The notes below the pieces were generated by a model that saw only the letters and a list, made by a program, of their open reading frames with translations, had not been told where the DNA came from and made no database searches. Positions 1 through 9,204 of a stretch of 64,000 nt of DNA are shown in pieces. Origin of the DNA: Candidatus Gastranaerophilales bacterium. GTDB lineage: Bacteria > Cyanobacteriota > Vampirovibrionia > Gastranaerophilales > Gastranaerophilaceae. Where the stretch lies: assembly GCA_944323285.1 (NCBI GenBank), contig CALURV010000024.1, positions 38,893 to 102,892 of the forward strand, written 5' to 3'. Within the stretch, counting starts at the first letter, position 1. Each line of letters opens with the position of its first letter. The position numbers and the translations under genes are program-made.

Positions 1-49
1 TTGCAATTTCTTCACCTTTTTGTCCAATTTCAATATTGTTATTAAACAT
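1..49 (-). CDS. 5' end of a gene running off the window (possibly YraN/UPF0102-like endonuclease)
   Basis: ATG at 49..47 follows an in-frame stop at 64..62 and translates MFNNNIEIGQKGEEIA. The IG-x-x-GE-x-x-A start resembles YraN-family N-termini. Only 16 codons are visible. Confidence 0.3.
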   Translation of the reverse strand, partial: MFNNNIEIGQKGEEIA

Positions 50-91
50 AATTTGATTATATCAAAGTTTTGTGCTAAATAATTACTTGTT

Positions 92-937
92 ATGAAAAAT
101 AAAAAATCAAAAGTAATTTTTATTACAGGTGCATCTTCAGGTATAGGTAGAGAAGTTGCAATTAAACTTGCAAAAGAAGGATATAAAGTTTTTGCAGGTG
201 TTAGAAGAAAAATTGATAAAAATGAAATTGAGTCTTTAAATAATAATATAATAGGTGTTTACGTTGATGTTACAAATCAATCAAGTATAGATAAAGCTTT
301 TTGGTTTATAATTAAACATACAGATAAAATAGATGTGCTTATTAATAATGCTGGTATTGTTGTTGCTGGTCCTGTTGAATTTCTTTGTATTAAGAAACTA
401 AAAGAACAATTTGATGTAAATACTTTTGGTGCAGTAGCAGTGGCTCAAAAATTTTTGCCATTTTTAAAAAATGGATTAATAATAAATATTAGTTCTATGG
501 CATCAACTGGAATATTTCCCTTCATATCAGCTTACTGTGCTTCTAAAAGAGCTTTAGATATATTATTTAATTCATTGTTACTTGAAAACAAAGATAATAT
601 AAAAGTTGTTTCAGTTAAGCCTGCAGCTATTTGTACTCCGATATGGAAAAAATCTGTTGATATGACAAAGGAATTATTTTCTGAATTAAATGAAAATGAT
701 TTAATTAAGTATGAAAAGGAAATGAATTATTTAGAAAGAAATGCTCTTGAAAATAATATGAAAGGTATAGATTCTTCTTATGTAGTTAATACTATTGTAA
801 AAATTATAAATTCAAAAAATCCTAAATTATCATATAATGTAGGCTTTTTATCTTATCTTGCTGATTTTGTTTCAAGATTGCCATTAGTTTTTGTTAATTA
901 TCTTGTTAAATTTAAATTAAATAAAATAAATAGGTAG
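92..937 (+). CDS. short-chain dehydrogenase/reductase (SDR family oxidoreductase)
   Basis: TGASSGIG Rossmann motif, NNAG, catalytic YCASK (YxxxK); 281 aa, typical classical SDR length. Confidence 0.85.
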   Translation: MKNKKSKVIFITGASSGIGREVAIKLAKEGYKVFAGVRRKIDKNEIESLNNNIIGVYVDVTNQSSIDKAFWFIIKHTDKIDVLINNAGIVVAGPVEFLCIKKLKEQFDVNTFGAVAVAQKFLPFLKNGLIINISSMASTGIFPFISAYCASKRALDILFNSLLLENKDNIKVVSVKPAAICTPIWKKSVDMTKELFSELNENDLIKYEKEMNYLERNALENNMKGIDSSYVVNTIVKIINSKNPKLSYNVGFLSYLADFVSRLPLVFVNYLVKFKLNKINR

Positions 938-993
938 TTAGTTTAGCTGATTGGGTTATAGTAAAATTTATTTGATTTTTATTATATATAAGT

Positions 994-1863
994 ATGAAAA
1001 AAATATATATAGTATTAATTATAATCTTTATAGTATTTTCTATTATATTCTTGTATAACCGTTTTGCATTTATAAATATAATAGTAAAGTTTGATGAACT
1101 TGAACCTTTTGAAAAGCAAATGAATGTTTATTATAAAGGTTTCAAGGTCGGTAGAACTACAAAAATATATCCGGATAAGGATTATATAAATACTTACTTA
1201 AAATTAAAGTTAAAAGCAAGTAAAGTTAATTTTCCGTCAAATATAACTGTTAGAATTAATAAAAAGAAGTCAAATGGCTATGTTAGTATATTGTATCCTG
1301 ATGATCCTTCATTAATTAAGTTAAAGAATAATGATCAGGTTAAAGGAATTATAACAAAAGATATTAATTCATTGTTAGATGAAAAATTCAGTGGTGATGA
1401 TATTGATGTTATTGTTGATGATGCGACTAATTTAATAGAAAGTGCAAATACTGCTGTTAAAAATTTAAGTGATATTTTTGTTGAAATAAAAGATCTTATT
1501 GCTGATTGTTCTCCTGATATTAAAATTGCAGCTAAAAATCTTTCAAATACTACTACTAATTTGGAAAAAATTTCAGACAATTTAAGTGTTTCTTTAGATA
1601 GTAATACTGTTTCATCTTCTGTTGGTAATATAAAAGATACAACTGAAAATATTAAAGAAATTACATCGAATCTTAGTGAAATTACAAATCAGATTGATAA
1701 AACAACACTTCCTATTGTTAATTCTGTATTATGTCAAACTCAAATGACAATAAAAAATGTTGACGAAATTACTGATGGTATAAAAAATACATTAAAAAAA
1801 CGTATGGGTTTGAGTCGTATGCTATTTGGAAAACCATTAAGCAATGATAATAATTCTGATTAA
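994..1863 (+). CDS. MlaD/MCE-domain protein (membrane-anchored, lipid-transport-type)
   Basis: N-terminal TM helix, then an MCE-like beta region (VYYKGFKVGRTTKIYPD), then a long Asn/Ser/Thr-rich helical repeat tail. No mlaE/mlaF genes are adjacent. Confidence 0.55.
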   Translation: MKKIYIVLIIIFIVFSIIFLYNRFAFINIIVKFDELEPFEKQMNVYYKGFKVGRTTKIYPDKDYINTYLKLKLKASKVNFPSNITVRINKKKSNGYVSILYPDDPSLIKLKNNDQVKGIITKDINSLLDEKFSGDDIDVIVDDATNLIESANTAVKNLSDIFVEIKDLIADCSPDIKIAAKNLSNTTTNLEKISDNLSVSLDSNTVSSSVGNIKDTTENIKEITSNLSEITNQIDKTTLPIVNSVLCQTQMTIKNVDEITDGIKNTLKKRMGLSRMLFGKPLSNDNNSD

Positions 1864-1907
1864 CTAAATTTCTTTTATTTATCTTTAATTACTGATACAA
1901 TATAAGA

Positions 1908-2837
1908 ATGGATAAAGTTCTTGTAATATTACCTGATAATAATAAGAGTAAATATATTTCAAAAGGATTTTCTTCTGCTTTTAGAGAATTGTCGTATTTT
2001 GTTTTTGAGAAAAAAATTTATGATTTGAAAATAGACGAAATTAATAAAATTTCTCCTGAAATAATTTTTGTTTTTTGGAGTGATGTTAAACAAGTTAATG
2101 ACTTAATATTATTTTTAGGAAATATAGAAACAGACAAAACAAAAATTATAAATTATGCAGAAGATATAGATGATATTCCAATAGAAATTGTAAATAAAAA
2201 TAATTCATATTGTTTTTCTTATGAAAATAAGAAGAAGAAATATAGTATACTTCCTGCTGTTCAAGCAAAAGATTATAAAAGAAAATTTTCAGGTTATAAA
2301 TTTTTGATTACATTTGCTGGTAATCCTTCTTATTTAAATAGAGAACAGTTGTTATCTAAAATTGTTTATAATTTTGGCATAATAAACATCTTTTGCCGTT
2401 CTTATGATTTCTATAAAAGCGTGGATGAAATTTATAAAAATAATTTACTGGATTCAAAATATATTGATTTATACAGAGAATCTTATAGAGGATATGTTGA
2501 AAATACAAAAGATTTGTCATATATATATTCTCACTCAAAAGTAAATATAGATATGTTGAGTAATAAAAATAAAAAGATTAACTATAGATGTATGGAAGTA
2601 TTAGCTTCGGGCGGTTTTTTAATAGCACCTTTTAGTAATATTTTAGTAAATAATTTTGAAGATGGTAAAGAGATTGAAACTTATAAATCTGATTTTGAAT
2701 TGATTGATAAAATTAGATTTTATTTATCTAATACAAATTTAGCTTTATTGATTGCTGCAAATGGAAAGAAAAATGTTGTAAGTAATCATTCTTTTTATGA
2801 TAGACTAAAAATAATGTTGAAGGTAATATATGGTTAA
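1908..2837 (+). CDS. CgeB-like / group-1-type glycosyltransferase-domain protein
   Basis: C-terminal segment RCMEVLASGGFLIAPFSN...FEDGKEIETYKSDFELIDKIRFYL matches the conserved C-terminal half of GT-B group-1/CgeB-like proteins. Its stop overlaps the next gene by 8 nt. Confidence 0.5.
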   Translation: MDKVLVILPDNNKSKYISKGFSSAFRELSYFVFEKKIYDLKIDEINKISPEIIFVFWSDVKQVNDLILFLGNIETDKTKIINYAEDIDDIPIEIVNKNNSYCFSYENKKKKYSILPAVQAKDYKRKFSGYKFLITFAGNPSYLNREQLLSKIVYNFGIINIFCRSYDFYKSVDEIYKNNLLDSKYIDLYRESYRGYVENTKDLSYIYSHSKVNIDMLSNKNKKINYRCMEVLASGGFLIAPFSNILVNNFEDGKEIETYKSDFELIDKIRFYLSNTNLALLIAANGKKNVVSNHSFYDRLKIMLKVIYG

Positions 2838-3549
2838 AATATTAGTAATTGATGATGATACAGCTATAAATGAATTAATAAAAGTTAATTTAGAACTGGC
2901 ATATTATAAGGTAGTAACTGCATTAGACGGTAATAAGGGGTTTGCTCTTGCAAAACAAGAATTACCTGATTTGATTGTTTTAGATGTAATGATGCCTGAG
3001 GTAGACGGATATACTGTTGCAAAGAGAATAAGAGAAAACAAATCAACAAAAGATATTCCTATTATTATGCTTACAGCTTTAAATATGCTTCAAAATAAAG
3101 TTCAAGGGTTTAATATTGGAGTTGATGATTATTTAGTGAAGCCTTTTGAAATGGAAGAACTTTTAGTTCGTATAAAAGCTTTATTAAAACGCTCGAATAA
3201 TATACCGAAATCATTTGTAGAAAAAGAAGTATTAACTCAAGGTGATATCACATTAATTCCGGAAACGTATTCAATAGAAATTAATGGAAAGATTGCAAAG
3301 GTTACCCCTATTGAATTTGATATTGTAAATTTACTAATGCAAAATTATGGCAATATGGTTTCAAGTGCAAAAATATTAAATGATGTATGGGGATATTCTT
3401 CTGATGATGCAGTAGAGACTATAAGAGTTCACATGCGTCATATAAGAACAAAAATTGATAAAATTTCTAATGGAAAAAAATATATTGAAACTATATATGG
3501 TGGCGGATATCGTTTAATTCCTGATGGTGTTGCTGAAAAGACAAAATAA
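2830..3549 (+). CDS. OmpR-family two-component response regulator (receiver + winged-helix), RpaB-like
   Basis: ILVIDDD...DLIVLDVMMPEVDGY...IPIIMLTA...DDYLVKPF receiver motifs. The C-terminal winged-helix ends in GGGYRL. No histidine kinase is adjacent. Confidence 0.9.
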   Translation: MVKILVIDDDTAINELIKVNLELAYYKVVTALDGNKGFALAKQELPDLIVLDVMMPEVDGYTVAKRIRENKSTKDIPIIMLTALNMLQNKVQGFNIGVDDYLVKPFEMEELLVRIKALLKRSNNIPKSFVEKEVLTQGDITLIPETYSIEINGKIAKVTPIEFDIVNLLMQNYGNMVSSAKILNDVWGYSSDDAVETIRVHMRHIRTKIDKISNGKKYIETIYGGGYRLIPDGVAEKTK

Positions 3550-3565
3550 AAGATATAATATAAAT

Positions 3566-4240
3566 ATGAAAAAGCTTTGTTTTTTATTATCATTATTTTG
3601 TATATTCAGTATTGCATCGGACGTTCAAGGAAACGATTTTGATGATTCTAATGCTGTTTTTTTGAATTTAGAGGATTCTCAAAATATTATAAATCAGAAA
3701 TATGAAAATATAAAAAAAGGTTCTGTTGATTATACTAATTTAAGTATAAAGAATGCTCCTGTTGAAAGAAATTATGATAAATTGTTATATCAAGATGTTA
3801 ATAGGCAAATACCTCAAAAAAAATCATATTCTAAATCATTAGAAAAAGACTTAAACAAGAATACTTTATTTGGTGCAACATATAAAACTACAGCGTCTTC
3901 GGCTGAATGGAGTGATTCGTTATCAGTTTATTCAAAATATAAAAAAGAACGATTTTCTTTTACATCTTCATATAGTCCAAGTAAATTAGATTTAAAGTCT
4001 AACAAAAATTCTGGAACAGTATCTTTTGCACCGGAGTTAAAATTAAATAATCATGTTTCCATAAAAAATGTATATTCTGATAATTTGGAAAACAGACAAA
4101 AAAAGAATGAAGTGGTATTATCCTTAAAACCATTTAAAGATGAGAGAATGGATTTAAATTTAGGTGCCGGTCAAACATATTCTACTGATAATTTACCGGC
4201 TAAGTCCCAGTTAAATTTTTCAACAAAATTTAGATTTTGA
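3566..4240 (+). CDS. secreted protein, probable small outer-membrane beta-barrel
   Basis: Start moved to MKKLCFLLSLFCIFSIA (signal-peptide-like), which removes the overlap with the regulator gene. Alternating hydrophobic pattern and C-terminal ...STKFRF (terminal Phe) are typical of OMPs. Confidence 0.5.
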   Translation: MKKLCFLLSLFCIFSIASDVQGNDFDDSNAVFLNLEDSQNIINQKYENIKKGSVDYTNLSIKNAPVERNYDKLLYQDVNRQIPQKKSYSKSLEKDLNKNTLFGATYKTTASSAEWSDSLSVYSKYKKERFSFTSSYSPSKLDLKSNKNSGTVSFAPELKLNNHVSIKNVYSDNLENRQKKNEVVLSLKPFKDERMDLNLGAGQTYSTDNLPAKSQLNFSTKFRF

Positions 4241-4293
4241 TATTAACAAAAAATATATTTAGATTCCTTATTCCAGTAGGAGTGTAAGTAAAT

Positions 4294-4680
4294 ATGAATA
4301 TAAAATCTATTAATTTATATAATTGTCCATTTTCTTCTAAAAAAACATTTAAAAAAAAATTTGATACTTGTACATATTCAGGAGAAAAGTTTGAGCAGCG
4401 TGATACTAAAACAATTGAACATATAATTCCGTTATCATTAGGAGGTAAAAATGAATATTCAAATTACCTTGTAGTAAAAAGAAGTTGGAATGGTTTAAGA
4501 AGTTCTATTCCTTTAAGGGAATTTATATCTAAATATCCACAAACTAAAGATAATATAATAAGAACAGTTTCAGAACATGAAGGTGAGATAATTGAAGGTA
4601 TTGATTGGTCTTGTGAGGTTAAAAAGACATTAAAGCAAGCTATAGGTTTCGATATTTTTTCAGAAAAAAGTAATATTTAA
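4294..4680 (+). CDS. stand-alone HNH (HNH_4-type) nuclease-domain protein
   Basis: EHIIPLSLGGKNEYSNYLVVKRSWNGLRSSIP fits H-I-x-P-x-S...N...N-x-x-[KR] of the beta-beta-alpha-Me HNH fold. AGGAG lies upstream of the ATG. Confidence 0.65.
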   Translation: MNIKSINLYNCPFSSKKTFKKKFDTCTYSGEKFEQRDTKTIEHIIPLSLGGKNEYSNYLVVKRSWNGLRSSIPLREFISKYPQTKDNIIRTVSEHEGEIIEGIDWSCEVKKTLKQAIGFDIFSEKSNI

Positions 4681-4773
4681 CTCTCAAATTTGTATATATT
4701 TTTTAATTAGTAGTTAAAAATCAAATAATACTATATAATAGACTTTTGTAATTGATAGAAAAAGGAGAGTAAA

Positions 4774-7194
4774 ATGTCATTTTTGAAAAAATGTCAAAAC
4801 TCAGTTTCAAAAATTTCTGCATTATTTATTGCGGTATTTTTGGTGAGTGTGCCTGCAATGGCTGGAGAGGCAAATCTTATTGTTCCGAAAATTGAAGGAA
4901 ATAATTTTAATCTTCTTCTTGCAGGAATTATAGTTTCAGTCTTAGGTTTAATATGGGGTCTTATAGCTTATGGTCAAATTAAATCTATAAAAGCTCATAA
5001 AAGCATGATAGAAATTGGTAATACAATTTTTGAAACTTGTAAAACATATTTAGTTCAACAAGGTAAGTTTTTAATTGTTTTAGAAATTTTAATTGCAATT
5101 TGTATTGCGTTTTATTTTGGTTTTTTACAAGAGATGAGTATAAAAAATGTTCTTATAATTTTAGCAGCTTCTGTTGTTGGTATACTTGGCTCTTATGGTG
5201 TTGCCTGGTTTGGTATAAGAATGAATACTTTAGCTAATGCAAGAACTTCATTTACTGCATTAAAAAATAAACCATTAGATATTTTAAATATTCCTCTAAA
5301 AGCTGGCATGAGCATTGGTGTTTTGCTTGTTAGTGTTGAATTAATAGTTATGTTATTTATATTATTATTCGTTCCTGGGCATTTAGCAGGAGCTTGTTTT
5401 ATTGGTTTTGCTATAGGCGAATCTCTTGGTGCTTCTGCATTAAGAGTTGCAGGCGGTATTTTCACAAAAATAGCAGATATTGGTTCTGACTTAATGAAAA
5501 TACAATTTGGCATTAAAGAAGATGATCCAAGGAATCCTGGGGTAATAGCTGATTGTACTGGAGATAATGCTGGTGATTCTATAGGACCTACGGCAGATGG
5601 CTTTGAAACATACGGTGTAACAGGTGTTGCGCTTGTAAGTTTTATTCTTTTAGGTGTATTCCCTGAATATCAAATACAATTATTAACTTGGATATTTGTA
5701 ATGAGATATTTAATGATAATAACATCTGTTGTTGCTTATGGAATAAATGGAATATTAAATAACTTATTATTTAAAAATAAACAAGAATTTGATTTCGAAG
5801 CACCTTTAACTAATTTGGTGTGGTTAACATCTATATTATCAATTTTAATGACATTCTGTGTAAGCCATTATTTAATAGGAGATATGCCAAATAAATTATG
5901 GTTAACATTATCGATAATAATAAGTTGCGGTACGTTAGGAGCTGCATTAATACCTGAATTTACAAAAGTATTTACAAGTCCTAAAGCAAAACACACAAGT
6001 GAGGTTGTTACAGCATCAAAAGAAGGCGGTGCATCTTTAACTATACTGTCAGGAATAGTATCAGGTAATTTTTCAGGTTTTTGGATAGGACTTGTTATTG
6101 TAGTTTTAATGACAATTTCATATTTTGCAAGTATTCATATATCACCTGATATAATGATATATTCTTCTGTATTTGCATTTGGACTTGTTGCATTCGGATT
6201 TTTAGGAATGGGGCCTGTAACGATTGCTGTAGACAGTTATGGCCCTGTTACAGATAACGCTCAATCAGTGTATGAATTATCTTTAATTGAAGAAATACCA
6301 AATATTTCTGATGAAATAAAAGATGAATTTGGATTTGAACCAAATTTCGAAACTGCAAAAAAATATTTAGAACAAAATGATGGCGCAGGAAATACTTTTA
6401 AGGCAACATCAAAACCTGTTTTAATAGGAACGGCTGTTGTTGGGGCAACTACAATGATATTTTCTTTAATATTAGTTATTAAAGAAACTTTAGGTATTAT
6501 GCCCGAAGCTATTTTAAACTTGTTAAATCCATATACTGTTTTAGGTTTATTAATGGGCGGTGCTGTAATATATTGGTTTTCAGGTGCATCTATGCAGGCT
6601 GTTACTACAGGTGCATATAGAGCTGTTGAATATATATCAAAACATATTAAACTGGGCGATAGTGATGATAAAAAGGCAAATGTTGATAATTCAAAAGAAG
6701 TTGTAAAAATTTGTACCGAATATGCTCAAAAGGGTATGTTAAATATATTTATTGCATTATTTGCTTTTGCATTAGCATTTGCTTGCTTATCTGCACCTAT
6801 GTGTAATAATGTAAATCCGGTATCATTTTTTGTAAGCTATTTAATAGGTATTGCTATTTTTGGATTATTCCAGGCAGTATTTATGGCAAATGCCGGAGGA
6901 TGTTGGGATAACGCTAAAAAAATAGTTGAAGTTGATTTAAATGAAAAAGGTACTCATCTGCATGATGCAACTGTAGTTGGTGATACGGTTGGTGATCCGT
7001 TTAAAGATACTTCATCAGTTGCAATGAATCCTATTATCAAATTTACAACTTTATTCGGATTATTAGCTATGGAAATAGCAATTGCACCTGCATTTAAAGA
7101 GGCTGCTCCGATTGTCGGTATTATATTATTTATAATTGCGTTAATTTTTGTTGTACGGTCTTTTTATGCAATGCGAATTCCTGCTGATAAATAA
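4774..7194 (+). CDS. hppA: membrane-integral (H+/Na+)-translocating pyrophosphatase
   Basis: Polytopic 806-aa protein with GDNAGDSIGPTADGFETY, GNTFKATSK, GGCWDNAKK and VGDTVGDPFKDTS signature blocks. Strong SD AAAGGAGAG before the ATG. Confidence 0.9.
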   Translation: MSFLKKCQNSVSKISALFIAVFLVSVPAMAGEANLIVPKIEGNNFNLLLAGIIVSVLGLIWGLIAYGQIKSIKAHKSMIEIGNTIFETCKTYLVQQGKFLIVLEILIAICIAFYFGFLQEMSIKNVLIILAASVVGILGSYGVAWFGIRMNTLANARTSFTALKNKPLDILNIPLKAGMSIGVLLVSVELIVMLFILLFVPGHLAGACFIGFAIGESLGASALRVAGGIFTKIADIGSDLMKIQFGIKEDDPRNPGVIADCTGDNAGDSIGPTADGFETYGVTGVALVSFILLGVFPEYQIQLLTWIFVMRYLMIITSVVAYGINGILNNLLFKNKQEFDFEAPLTNLVWLTSILSILMTFCVSHYLIGDMPNKLWLTLSIIISCGTLGAALIPEFTKVFTSPKAKHTSEVVTASKEGGASLTILSGIVSGNFSGFWIGLVIVVLMTISYFASIHISPDIMIYSSVFAFGLVAFGFLGMGPVTIAVDSYGPVTDNAQSVYELSLIEEIPNISDEIKDEFGFEPNFETAKKYLEQNDGAGNTFKATSKPVLIGTAVVGATTMIFSLILVIKETLGIMPEAILNLLNPYTVLGLLMGGAVIYWFSGASMQAVTTGAYRAVEYISKHIKLGDSDDKKANVDNSKEVVKICTEYAQKGMLNIFIALFAFALAFACLSAPMCNNVNPVSFFVSYLIGIAIFGLFQAVFMANAGGCWDNAKKIVEVDLNEKGTHLHDATVVGDTVGDPFKDTSSVAMNPIIKFTTLFGLLAMEIAIAPAFKEAAPIVGIILFIIALIFVVRSFYAMRIPADK

Positions 7195-7204
7195 AAAAAT
7201 ACAT

Positions 7205-7233
7205 AAAGAAACCGCCAATTTGGCGGTTTCTTT
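7205..7233. terminator. bidirectional intrinsic terminator between hppA and the pentapeptide gene
   Basis: GAAACCGCCAA / TTGGCGGTTTC GC-rich palindrome flanked by A-run and T-run, between convergent genes. Confidence 0.8.
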
Positions 7234-7251
7234 ATAATAATACTACAGATA

Positions 7252-7767
7252 TTAATATTCAATAGAGGACTCTTCTTCTTCTTCATTATCTTTTGAATAA
7301 TTTGTATCAAAATCGTCTGGCAATAAATCACTATCCGGCCATATTGTTGTTTCATCAGCCCTTGTTGCTGCTAAATTTAAACTTGCAGAAAAATCAGAAT
7401 CAGTTAATTCCGCTTCTTTTACAATACAACCTGCCATATCAGCATCAGTAAAGTTGCAATAGCTAACTGTAGCATAACTTAAATCAGTTCCGTTAAGAAT
7501 TGATTCTGAAAAATCACATTCTATAATATTTGCCCTTGTAAAATCAGCAGCATTTAAATCACAACCCGTAAAATTTACATTTGATAAATGTGAATCAACA
7601 AATGAAGTTCCAGCTAGTTCTGCATTTGAAAAATCTATATTTTCTATTGTAATATTAGAAAAATCAAGTTCTGTTAAATCAAGTTCATCTTCTATTGTAT
7701 TCTTGTATGAATTATATTCTTCCGGATTTTTTATAATAAGTTCTGCAAGTTCTTCTTTTGAATACAT
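7252..7767 (-). CDS. pentapeptide-repeat protein, highly acidic
   Basis: Repeated A(D/N)LxG/F-type pentapeptides (NAELAGTSFVDSHLSNVNFTGCDLNAADFTRANIIECDFSES...) and an acidic tail DNEEEEESSIEY. Confidence 0.85.
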   Translation of the reverse strand: MYSKEELAELIIKNPEEYNSYKNTIEDELDLTELDFSNITIENIDFSNAELAGTSFVDSHLSNVNFTGCDLNAADFTRANIIECDFSESILNGTDLSYATVSYCNFTDADMAGCIVKEAELTDSDFSASLNLAATRADETTIWPDSDLLPDDFDTNYSKDNEEEEESSIEY

Positions 7768-7944
7768 TGTTTTTCTCCTTAAAATTCTCTATTCTTATAA
7801 TATTGTAACTTTAATGCTATTCCACAATTATATATTTTTATAACATATTTTATATTTATTTTTCTTTGTTTTTTTTATTCTGTCAAGATTAAATTTGCTG
7901 AAAATGAACAATTATAATTTTATTTTTATAAAAGTATATTAAGT

Positions 7945-8811
7945 ATGTCAATTTTTTTTTATAAAATGTTTTTATTATTACATAGGGTAGGTTTTATAAA
8001 AGGTTTTGTCTTGAAGGTAAGTAATAATATTGATAAATTAAATATTGGGAATAATGATGCATTAAATAATGTTCCATTTAAAGGTACAATAACACCTTTT
8101 ATAAATAATAATGGAGATTATTTCCAAAAAAATATATATGTAACTGCTCCAAGTCCGAAGATTGACCATAATAATTTTGTGTATAGTAATTATAATTCTA
8201 AACAATTATTGAATGCATATTTAAATCCATCATATATTAAAAAGTTAGTTGATTCAAATCCAAAAATTAATGAAATGTTTAAAGAAAAAGGGATTTCTGT
8301 TAGTATAAATCCTGAAAATATTTCTGAAATCATAAATTCACACTTAACAACAACAACAGCTTATGCCTTACAAATTGCAAATTTTATGAATTTATCACCG
8401 TATGATAAACAAATATTAGAACAAGCTTGTATCTTCCATGATTTTGGAAAAGTTCTTATTCCAAGAGAAATATTAAATAAACCGACAAATTTAACCGCGC
8501 AAGAAAAAGAAATAGTTGACATGCACTCTCAATTAGGATATGAGCTTTTATCACAAACTGGAATGAATAAAAGAGTTCTTGATTTGGTTAAAAATCATCA
8601 TGATTATAATCCACAAAAAGATGATAAGTTAGCACAAATACTTTCAATAGCAGATATATATTCTGCATTGAGAGAAGAGCGAAGTTATAAGAAACCATTA
8701 AACGATAATATTACTTTCTCTATTTTAGAATCGAAAGCAAAAGCCGGTGAAATAAATGAAGAAGTTCTAACCGCATTAAAATCAGTATTATCATCACAGA
8801 AAGTAGCATAA
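7945..8811 (+). CDS. HD-domain protein of the HD-GYP family with a degenerate GYP motif
   Basis: HDFGKVLIPREILNKP..LT..EKEIVDMHSQLGYELL...HH...IADIYSALREERSYKKP matches HD-GYP blocks. The HHExDGxGYP block reads HHDYNPQKDDK. True start is uncertain (ATG 7945, ATG 7966 or TTG 8011). Confidence 0.7.
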   Translation: MSIFFYKMFLLLHRVGFIKGFVLKVSNNIDKLNIGNNDALNNVPFKGTITPFINNNGDYFQKNIYVTAPSPKIDHNNFVYSNYNSKQLLNAYLNPSYIKKLVDSNPKINEMFKEKGISVSINPENISEIINSHLTTTTAYALQIANFMNLSPYDKQILEQACIFHDFGKVLIPREILNKPTNLTAQEKEIVDMHSQLGYELLSQTGMNKRVLDLVKNHHDYNPQKDDKLAQILSIADIYSALREERSYKKPLNDNITFSILESKAKAGEINEEVLTALKSVLSSQKVA

Positions 8812-8838
8812 AAAAGAACCTATAATAGGTTCTTTTTT
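8812..8838. terminator. bidirectional intrinsic terminator (HD-GYP gene / rpmB)
   Basis: AGAACCTA-TAA-TAGGTTCT hairpin flanked by A5 and T6, between convergent genes. Confidence 0.8.
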
Positions 8839-8855
8839 ATATGAATATAAAACAA

Positions 8856-9047
8856 TTAAATAGCTCTTTGAACTTTACCAGCTCTTAAACAAGAAGTACA
8901 AACTTTAACCCTTTTTACAGTACCATTTTCAATAATTTTAACAGATTGTAAATTAGGGTTTTGTCTATATACATTATGTTTATGAGAGAATGAAAGTTTT
9001 GCTGCTTTCAATGGTTTTTTACCGCAAATTGCACATTCAACTGACAT
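8856..9047 (-). CDS. rpmB: 50S ribosomal protein L28
   Basis: MSVECAICGKKPLKAAKLSFSHKHNVYRQNPNLQ... is a typical L28. The track ORF begins at a TTG, and the downstream ATG is preceded by AAAGGA. Confidence 0.9.
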   Translation of the reverse strand: MSVECAICGKKPLKAAKLSFSHKHNVYRQNPNLQSVKIIENGTVKRVKVCTSCLRAGKVQRAI

Positions 9048-9204
9048 TTTTTTTCCTTTCAAATATATTTATAGGTTGATAATATAAGAAAAATAACTAA
9101 TAATCAAGTCTTATTTTAATAATATATTAAATAATCTAAACAAAAAGTACAAATAAGGTGATAATAAGGTTAGTTTAATATAAAATTATACAGGTGGGAT
9201 GTAT

